A DNA stretch of 20,236 nucleotides from a bacterium (GTDB taxonomy: Bacteria; Zhuqueibacterota; Zhuqueibacteria; Oceanimicrobiales; Oceanimicrobiaceae). A program made the translations under genes and the position numbers. Every line of letters starts with the position of its first letter. Position 1 is the first letter of the stretch. Below the pieces are notes generated by a model. That model did no database searches, was not told the origin of the DNA, and saw only the letters and a program-made list of their open reading frames with translations. The stretch is from assembly GCA_046757165.1 (NCBI GenBank), contig JBHHXT010000080.1, positions 1 through 20,236 of the forward strand, in the 5' to 3' direction. This document shows positions 13,838 through 20,236 of the stretch, one piece after another.

Positions 13838-15234
13838 AGCAAATGCATGAACACACAATCTTGATCATCGATGACGAAAAGGGAATGCGAGAGCAGCTCC
13901 GGTGGGGTCTCCAGAATGATTTCCGCGTGCTGACAGCGAGTGGCGGAGAGCAGGGTCTGCAATTGCTGCGGGCCGAGCGACCCGACCTCGTTGTGCTGGA
14001 TCTGGCCCTGTCTGAAGGTGGGAGTGGCGACGAGGGTCTCGATATCTTCGAGCAGATCCAATTGATCGACGCCAGGGTCAAGGTCATCATCATTACGGGG
14101 AATGAACAAAGAGATCTGGCCATAAAGGCCGTGCAGATGGGCGCCTATGACTTCTATAAGAAACCGATTGAGCTGCTCGAGTTCAGAATCATCTTGAAGA
14201 GAGCGTTGCAGCTCAAAAAGCTCGAAGCCGAAGCGAGAGTTTTTCAGGATGAGGTTGAGGTCGCGTACAATGACGAGATTATCGGTCGAAGCCCTCAGAT
14301 GCTGCAAATATTCGATATTGTAGACAGATCATGCGAAACGAATGCCACCATCCTGATCAACAGCGAAAGCGGTACCGGCAAAGAGCTCATCGCCAGGGCC
14401 ATCCACCGGAAGAGTCCGCGCAGAGAACACCCGTTCGTCGTGGTCGATTGTGGCGCCATCCCGGAAAATTTACTGGAGAGTGAGTTGTTTGGCCATGAGA
14501 AAGGGGCTTTTACAGGGGCTCATGTCCAACGCAAAGGCAAGTTCGAATTGGCCGACAAAGGCACCATATTCCTGGACGAAATCGGCGAATTGAATTTTCC
14601 CTTGCAGGTTAAGCTGTTGCGCTTCCTGCAAGAACACCAGGTCGAAAGAGTTGGCGGCCGGCAGCAGTTGAAGCTGGACGTCAGGATTCTGGCCGCTACC
14701 AACCGAGATTTGGAGCTGGAAATCGAACGCGGAAATTTCCGGGCAGATCTGTTTTACAGGTTGAGTGTGATCACCATAAGCGTTCCACCCTTGCGCGAGC
14801 GCGGCAACGACATTGAACGCCTTGCCGAACATTTTCTGGCAAAATTCAAAACGGAGTATGAAAGCGAAATCCGCGGATTTTCGACCGAAAGTAAGGTTTT
14901 GATCCGCGAGTACGGTTGGCCCGGCAACGTCCGTGAGTTGGAAAACAAGGTGAAACGAGCTGTGATCATGGCGCAGAAGCCGTTTATCGTGCCGGAAGAT
15001 CTGAATATTGGCGGGTCACATCGCGCTGCTGTCAGTCCCCTGAAAAACGCTGTGCACGAATTCGAAAAGAATTGCATTCTGGAGGCCCTGGAGCGCAACA
15101 AGGGGAACATCAGCCGAACTGCCAGGGAATTGGGAGTCAACAGGACCACCTTTTACGATATGCTGAACAAGTACAACATAGACAAGCACGTGTCTTCAAA
15201 ATCAACCCATAAGGTTGAACGGCAGGTTCAATGA
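13834..15234 (+). CDS. prsR: sigma-54-dependent response regulator (REC-AAA+-Fis HTH), PrsR-like
   Basis: Receiver LIIDDE...QLRW...VVLDLAL...ITG...KP. ESELFGHEKGAFTGA, Walker B IFLDEIGE, WPGNVRELEN, and C-terminal HTH GNISRTARELGVNRTTFY. ATGA overlap with the kinase stop. Confidence 0.93.
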   Translation: MKQMHEHTILIIDDEKGMREQLRWGLQNDFRVLTASGGEQGLQLLRAERPDLVVLDLALSEGGSGDEGLDIFEQIQLIDARVKVIIITGNEQRDLAIKAVQMGAYDFYKKPIELLEFRIILKRALQLKKLEAEARVFQDEVEVAYNDEIIGRSPQMLQIFDIVDRSCETNATILINSESGTGKELIARAIHRKSPRREHPFVVVDCGAIPENLLESELFGHEKGAFTGAHVQRKGKFELADKGTIFLDEIGELNFPLQVKLLRFLQEHQVERVGGRQQLKLDVRILAATNRDLELEIERGNFRADLFYRLSVITISVPPLRERGNDIERLAEHFLAKFKTEYESEIRGFSTESKVLIREYGWPGNVRELENKVKRAVIMAQKPFIVPEDLNIGGSHRAAVSPLKNAVHEFEKNCILEALERNKGNISRTARELGVNRTTFYDMLNKYNIDKHVSSKSTHKVERQVQ

Positions 15235-16193
15235 CATCGATGATGATTCGCACAAGTTTTCTGACGGTTTGCGTTGCCGGAATTATTTTGGCCGGACCCC
15301 TGCTGTCGCAAGAGTACACGATTCAATCAGGTGACAACCTGAGTATTGCGTTTTGGCAGCAGCCCGATTTGAATACCGAGACGAGAGTCGCGCAAGATGG
15401 GAAAATCGAGCTACCGGTGGTCGGCAGAATCAGGGCCGCCGGGTTGACCGCGGCGCAGTTGAGTGAGAATATCATCGAGCAGATCTCGAGATATCGAATC
15501 AACATCACCCAGGCTTCGGTCACGATAACGGAATATCAAGGCAACAAAGTCTTTGTCACCGGCCAGGTTGGCTCCCCGGGCACCTATTCTTTTGAGGTCA
15601 TCCCAAATTTGTGGCGTGTGCTGCAGGAAGCCGGCGGCCTTCTGGAGACGGCCGATCTTGCAAGGGTTTCACTCATCAGAGCCGGAGAGCAGTCCGGAAA
15701 CATCACTCAGGTCGATTTGCGCAGATATTTCGAGGACGGTGCGTTGACAAAACTTCCGCGTCTTAATGGCGGAGATACGATTCATGTGCCTGGTCTGCCG
15801 TCCATCCGTTCCGATGCGAATACGCCCACGACACCGTTTTCAGTCCGCAATGAAATCTATATCCTGGGGGAGGTCGCTTCGCCAGGCAGGTACAACCTCG
15901 AACAGGATATCAACCTGTTGGAGGCCCTTATTCTGGCAGGTGGCCCAACGAATTCAGCCAAACTGACTGAGGTCAAGGTCCTCACGAGGTGGCGCGGTAA
16001 CAACGGCCTGATCAAGATCAATGTGGAGGATTTTCTCCAGAAGGCCCAGCCAGGGCCGCCGCAATTGCGGCCGGGCGATACCATCTATGTGCCGCGCAAA
16101 GCGAGCAATGTTGCGGGATTTCTCGCCAGCAGAATCCTGGTGCCGGTGCTGACCTCCGCAACCGTACTTATTTTGGTAGACCAACTCAGATAG
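15231..16193 (+). CDS. wza: polysaccharide export protein (Wza/OPX family; Poly_export + 2 SLBB domains)
   Basis: YTIQSGDNLSI...DGKIELPVVGRIRAAGLT. Two SLBB units (VFVTGQVGSPG; IYILGEVASPG...LRPGDTIYVP). Hydrophobic C-terminal helix. Confidence 0.9.
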   Translation: MTSMMIRTSFLTVCVAGIILAGPLLSQEYTIQSGDNLSIAFWQQPDLNTETRVAQDGKIELPVVGRIRAAGLTAAQLSENIIEQISRYRINITQASVTITEYQGNKVFVTGQVGSPGTYSFEVIPNLWRVLQEAGGLLETADLARVSLIRAGEQSGNITQVDLRRYFEDGALTKLPRLNGGDTIHVPGLPSIRSDANTPTTPFSVRNEIYILGEVASPGRYNLEQDINLLEALILAGGPTNSAKLTEVKVLTRWRGNNGLIKINVEDFLQKAQPGPPQLRPGDTIYVPRKASNVAGFLASRILVPVLTSATVLILVDQLR

Positions 16194-16201
16194 GCAGGCA
16201 A

Positions 16202-17824
16202 ATGATGCAAGGCAATTTTCAACATCCAGATTCGCTTCAAGCCACTGGTGGACTGGCGGCCTTTGACTGGCGCCACTACTGGTACATGCTGAAGCGAAGA
16301 AAGTGGCTGCTGATCATCCCGACAATTGTATTCGGACTGGGGGCTTTTCATTTTGGCCTGTCCATCGTTCCGGTCTTTGAATCATCGACGACCATTCTGG
16401 TTTCTGGCAGCAAGTTGATGACGGGTTCGGTCAGGCGTCTCATCCCGGGTGTGACGGCCCAAAACGAAATTTCTGCGGTCAAGAAGTACGTCATGAGCGC
16501 AGCATGCATCGTTGAGTTGATCCACACCCTCGACCTGAAAATGGACGACGGGATCAGAGAGCACGCCGTGCAACTCAGCTCGCAGTTGCCGGACATGAAG
16601 GCGGAAGAAATTGCCACCATGCTTTTTATTGATAAGGTCAGAGAAGACATCGCGGTTTCAACAACTGGCAGGGACATTATCACCTTGACCGCCGCCCATG
16701 AGAATCCTCAAAAAGCCTACCTGCTCACCAAGATGCTGGCACAGATATTCATGGAGGAATTTCAAAAGCGCCAGGTTAGCGGTATTCGTGGTGTGCGTGA
16801 GTTCGGTGAAGAACAACTGGCGATCTACAAACGCAAGCTGGCTGAATCGGAAGAAAAACTCCGGAAGTTCCAGGAAGGTTTACTCAGGAATCAAATCGAT
16901 GATTTGGATCTGGGCCAGCAGGCTTCGGAGCGCATCAAATCGGATATCACCTCTGCCCAAGTTTCCATCAGCGACAAAGAAGCACGACTGCAACTGTTGA
17001 ACGACAGGCTGGCTGCCATGGACCTGGCTGCTGTCAGGATCGACGATGCCGGAATTGCCACCAACAGGCAGGAGCTGTTTGCCAAGGTAGATGAGCTCGT
17101 TTCCGTCCTGAGTCAGTTCAGTTGGACGGATCCACAGATCATTGGCATCAACAATGACATCAACGATATCCGAGATGCGATTCGAGGCGGCGTGGAAAAC
17201 CATGTCGCCACCGTTTATGGCGAGAGAGGCTCGGTTGCGAACAATTTGCTCGTTGAGCACTATCTTTCAGTTTTGGACCTTGAAATTCTACGGGCGGAAC
17301 GAGACGGCCTGGCCGCGAAGCTCAGGACCTTCGAGAGGAGCTTGACGCAACAGCCCTCACACGAGATGACGTTGCGTGGATTGAAGCAGGAAGTCGAGCA
17401 AAACCGGCGAATGTATCTCAATTTTTTCCAGCAATCGCAGGGAACTCAAATCGAAGAGCAGATACAACGCCGGGATGCTGAGTTCAAGCTACAAATCGTG
17501 GAGATGGCTAAGAAGCCGCTCTATCCGATCAACAAGGGGTTCAAGGTCATCGCAATGCTTGTTTGCATGCCGTTCGTGGGGTTGGCATTGGGAGGAGGCG
17601 TCGTCATTGGGCTCGACAACCTGGACCAATCCGTCAAGGATGTTGACGATATTGCGAAGGAATTGAATTTGCCGGTCTGGGGAGTGATGCCGGAGATCAG
17701 GAATGAGGAAGTGAGATTCCGGGGCGCAGGCATCGTGCAGTTTCTCGTGGTGATCCTCATCACGGCCGTTGCAGCTACTCTCGTATACCTCGTCAACAAG
17801 GGCGGCCTCAGCCTTTTGCGATGA
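16202..17824 (+). CDS. polysaccharide chain-length determinant / co-polymerase (GumC / Wzc N-terminal part)
   Basis: FDWRHYWYMLKRRKWLLI + TM, PVFESSTTILV, a long coiled coil, AKKPLYP + TM, DQSVKDVDDIAKELNLPVWGVMP, and an extra C-terminal TM. Confidence 0.9.
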   Translation: MMQGNFQHPDSLQATGGLAAFDWRHYWYMLKRRKWLLIIPTIVFGLGAFHFGLSIVPVFESSTTILVSGSKLMTGSVRRLIPGVTAQNEISAVKKYVMSAACIVELIHTLDLKMDDGIREHAVQLSSQLPDMKAEEIATMLFIDKVREDIAVSTTGRDIITLTAAHENPQKAYLLTKMLAQIFMEEFQKRQVSGIRGVREFGEEQLAIYKRKLAESEEKLRKFQEGLLRNQIDDLDLGQQASERIKSDITSAQVSISDKEARLQLLNDRLAAMDLAAVRIDDAGIATNRQELFAKVDELVSVLSQFSWTDPQIIGINNDINDIRDAIRGGVENHVATVYGERGSVANNLLVEHYLSVLDLEILRAERDGLAAKLRTFERSLTQQPSHEMTLRGLKQEVEQNRRMYLNFFQQSQGTQIEEQIQRRDAEFKLQIVEMAKKPLYPINKGFKVIAMLVCMPFVGLALGGGVVIGLDNLDQSVKDVDDIAKELNLPVWGVMPEIRNEEVRFRGAGIVQFLVVILITAVAATLVYLVNKGGLSLLR

Positions 17825-17853
17825 TGGCTGATTCAGGAATGGGGTAAATAGGA

Positions 17854-18957
17854 ATGAAAATGGAGAGTTTTACTTTTGACGATGTCTTGAGCTTTGCTCA
17901 AACATCCTATCTGCTGAAAACGCTAAACAGTGAAGCGCAGAAACGCATCATCAGTACCGTTTTTCGCGATGGCGCGGTGGTTTACTCCCGCTATGAAACC
18001 TACAACGGACATCTCAGCAACGATCAGATTCTCAGTGAGGTCAAGAAATACCACGAAGCATCCAAGAACGACTTTCAGGCGCTGTTTAACGTGACCAGTC
18101 AGCATGGCAGCTCAAATGCGTTGGGAACGCAGATAGCCCTGGTACGCGCATTCATGAAGAAGAAAATGTACCGCGAGGCAGTCTTGAGAATCGGAACCAT
18201 TCTGAAAGCTGAGCCGGGTAAATCGATCTTCTATTTTTTTCTGGGACAAATTCGGTTGGAACTCTCTGAATACGATGAGGCCGTCAAGTGCTTCAGAAAA
18301 GCGATCGAACTCGATCCGAATTATGCCGACTATCATTTCCATTTGGGCAAATCTCTCCTGGCGGTGAATCAATGCCTGGCGGCGATAAATGAGTTCATCT
18401 ATGCCATCAAGTTGAATGCCTATTATGGTGACGCCTATTTCCATCTGGGACTCGCATACCTGCAAAATGTCATCGTCAAAGAGGACTACCAGCTATCTGT
18501 GGACGCGACCGCCAGAGCACAGCATGCATTCCACATGGCCTCGCAAATCAATCCCAACTTAAAAGATGACGCCTTTCGGTGTGGTGAAGAGGCGTTGAGA
18601 GCCGGTGACGTCCAGCAGGCCTTTGATAGCTTCAGGAACATCAATACTGACGATGACCGGGAAAGGAGCCAAGGTTTCATCCTGGACTTCCACTTGCGCT
18701 ATCTCAGTGAAGGCGATCGCCTGCCAATAGGCGAGATACAAGCACACATCGAAAAGCTTGAAAAGTTGACAAAGAGATACGCCAGCTACGCAGACTTGCA
18801 CTACGAACTGGGGATCGCCTATGTTCTTCTTGGCAGGTGCATCAACAGGTGTGCGGTGAAAAGCCTGCAAAATGCCGTCGCAATAAATCCAGACTATTCA
18901 ACGGCTCAGAGAATGCTGAGGTCTTTGACAGATAACAAACGGAACATCGTATCGTGA
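17854..18957 (+). CDS. cytoplasmic TPR-repeat protein
   Basis: Canonical TPRs (AVKCFRKAIELDPNYADYHFHLG; YADLHYELGIAY...AVAINPDY). No signal peptide. About 80-aa non-TPR N-terminal domain. Confidence 0.88.
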   Translation: MKMESFTFDDVLSFAQTSYLLKTLNSEAQKRIISTVFRDGAVVYSRYETYNGHLSNDQILSEVKKYHEASKNDFQALFNVTSQHGSSNALGTQIALVRAFMKKKMYREAVLRIGTILKAEPGKSIFYFFLGQIRLELSEYDEAVKCFRKAIELDPNYADYHFHLGKSLLAVNQCLAAINEFIYAIKLNAYYGDAYFHLGLAYLQNVIVKEDYQLSVDATARAQHAFHMASQINPNLKDDAFRCGEEALRAGDVQQAFDSFRNINTDDDRERSQGFILDFHLRYLSEGDRLPIGEIQAHIEKLEKLTKRYASYADLHYELGIAYVLLGRCINRCAVKSLQNAVAINPDYSTAQRMLRSLTDNKRNIVS

Positions 18958-18985
18958 TCACGACGCGTCATTCATACCAGGGATT

Positions 18986-19696
18986 ATGAGCATGCTATCA
19001 ATGTACAAGGGGGAGTCTCCGCTCGGAACGGAGATAAGAAGAGTAGTCAGCAGGCTGAAGGTGTGGCAGGTGGAGCAGAATTGCAAGACCGTCATGGTGA
19101 CCAGCTCGGCGCTCGGCGAAGGCAAGAGTACTTTTGCCTCGAGTCTCGCCATCGGGTGCTCCGAGTTTCGTGGCACCAAGACCGTTATCGTGGATTTTGA
19201 TTTGCGCCGGCCGACGATCCATCAACTCTTCGGGTTGCGAAGAAGCCGTGGCGTCGCCGAAATCCTCTCCGGCACGCAGTCCCTGAGGGCCTGCCTCAAA
19301 CAAACGCCGTATGAAGAATTGCGAGTACTCACCTGTGGCCGCAATTCCCAGGTGAATGTGTCCTCTCTTTTGAACAGCGGCCGCATCGAGAACCTCTTTT
19401 CTGAATTGAAGTTCTATTTCGATGTCGTGATTGTCGATGCCCCTCCGGTTATTCCCGTATCAGACCCGCTCATGCTGGGTTCTGAGATAGACGGGGCCCT
19501 GTTCGTGGTGAAAGCCGGAAAAACTCAGAAGCCGGTGGTTCGACGTGCTGTGCAGGTGCTGCAGGATGCAGGCATCACGACGCTCGGCGTCATCATCAAT
19601 AATGTAGAGCACGTCTTGCCCTACTATTATGATTACAATTTCTATGGCTATCAATATTACGCAGAAAAGCCCAATATAGATCGCCAGTCACCTTAG
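18986..19696 (+). CDS. CpsD/CapB-family bacterial tyrosine autokinase (stand-alone BY-kinase)
   Basis: Walker A TSSALGEGKST, A' VDFDLRRP, Walker B VIVDAPP, and C-terminal Tyr cluster YYYDYNFYGYQYY (8 Tyr). Confidence 0.94.
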   Translation: MSMLSMYKGESPLGTEIRRVVSRLKVWQVEQNCKTVMVTSSALGEGKSTFASSLAIGCSEFRGTKTVIVDFDLRRPTIHQLFGLRRSRGVAEILSGTQSLRACLKQTPYEELRVLTCGRNSQVNVSSLLNSGRIENLFSELKFYFDVVIVDAPPVIPVSDPLMLGSEIDGALFVVKAGKTQKPVVRRAVQVLQDAGITTLGVIINNVEHVLPYYYDYNFYGYQYYAEKPNIDRQSP

Positions 19697-19744
19697 AGGA
19701 ATACAACATTCGATCGCAACGGGAATAACCACAGGGAAAACAGC

Positions 19745-20236
19745 ATGGCAAAGTACCTGGTGACCGGTGGCGCCGGCTTCGTCGGCTCCAACATCGTCGC
19801 AGAACTCCTCGAACGAGGCGAATCTGTCCGCGTTCTCGACAACTTCTCCACAGGCCGCAGAGAGAATCTCCAGCCTTTTGCTGAAGCGATTGAATTGATC
19901 GAGGGGGATCTCCGCTCTCTGAGCACAGTCTTTCGTGCCGTTGATGGCGTGGAGTTTGTCATCCATCAAGCCGCCCTGCCTTCCGTGCCAAGAAGTATCG
20001 CGGATCCCGTAACAACAAATGAAGTCAACGTTACCGGCACCCTCAACCTGCTGATGGCTGCCCGGGATCGAAACATCCGGAGAGTCGTATTTGCTTCTTC
20101 ATCCTCAGTCTACGGCGACGATCCTCGTCAACCCAAGCACGAGGATATGCGCCCCCGGCCCATGAGCCCTTATGCGCTATCCAAGCTCGCCGGTGAGGTC
20201 TATTGCTCCGTGTTTAATCAGCTCTACGGGCTGGAC
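19745..20236 (+). CDS. NAD-dependent nucleotide-sugar epimerase (extended SDR, UDP-Glc/GlcNAc 4-epimerase WbpP-like); truncated by the window edge
   Basis: Not in the ORF track; read manually from ATG 19745: MAKYLVTGGAGFVGSNIV...VLDNFSTG...HQAALPSVPRS...NVTGTLNLL...FASSSSVYG...SPYALSK (GxxGxxG and YxxxK). Confidence 0.93.
   Translation, partial: MAKYLVTGGAGFVGSNIVAELLERGESVRVLDNFSTGRRENLQPFAEAIELIEGDLRSLSTVFRAVDGVEFVIHQAALPSVPRSIADPVTTNEVNVTGTLNLLMAARDRNIRRVVFASSSSVYGDDPRQPKHEDMRPRPMSPYALSKLAGEVYCSVFNQLYGLD

Overview
Bacterial window with two divergent blocks. The left block (minus strand, 207-3290) holds a Mut7-C ubiquitin/PIN RNase-domain gene, a class I SAM-dependent methyltransferase with a Fur-box-like site upstream, and a hypothetical lipoprotein. 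A ~700-bp intergenic region with two internal tandem duplications and a candidate sigma-54 promoter separates it from the right block. The right block is a tightly packed plus-strand cluster (3997 to the right edge) for exopolysaccharide and cell-surface synthesis. In order it encodes: priming sugar transferase; PEGA/DUF5683-like protein; 1.1-kaa fibronectin-III repeat surface protein; membrane protein; TPR lipoprotein; PrsK-like histidine kinase; PrsR-like sigma-54 response regulator; Wza-like export protein; chain-length determinant; TPR protein; CpsD/CapB tyrosine kinase; and an NAD-dependent epimerase cut by the edge. It resembles PEP-CTERM/exosortase-associated EPS loci, but no exosortase or PEP-CTERM protein is in the window. 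Top observations: (1) the PrsK-like kinase is split by a -1 frameshift at an A9 tract containing an in-frame A-AAA-AAG slippery heptamer; (2) the priming transferase has a 28-aa tandem RR-x3-RR insertion that could bind c-di-GMP; (3) a four-gene surface-protein cassette is embedded in the EPS/PrsKR cluster; (4) the upstream region has an unusual repeat architecture. All family calls come from motif recognition by eye; no database searches were run.
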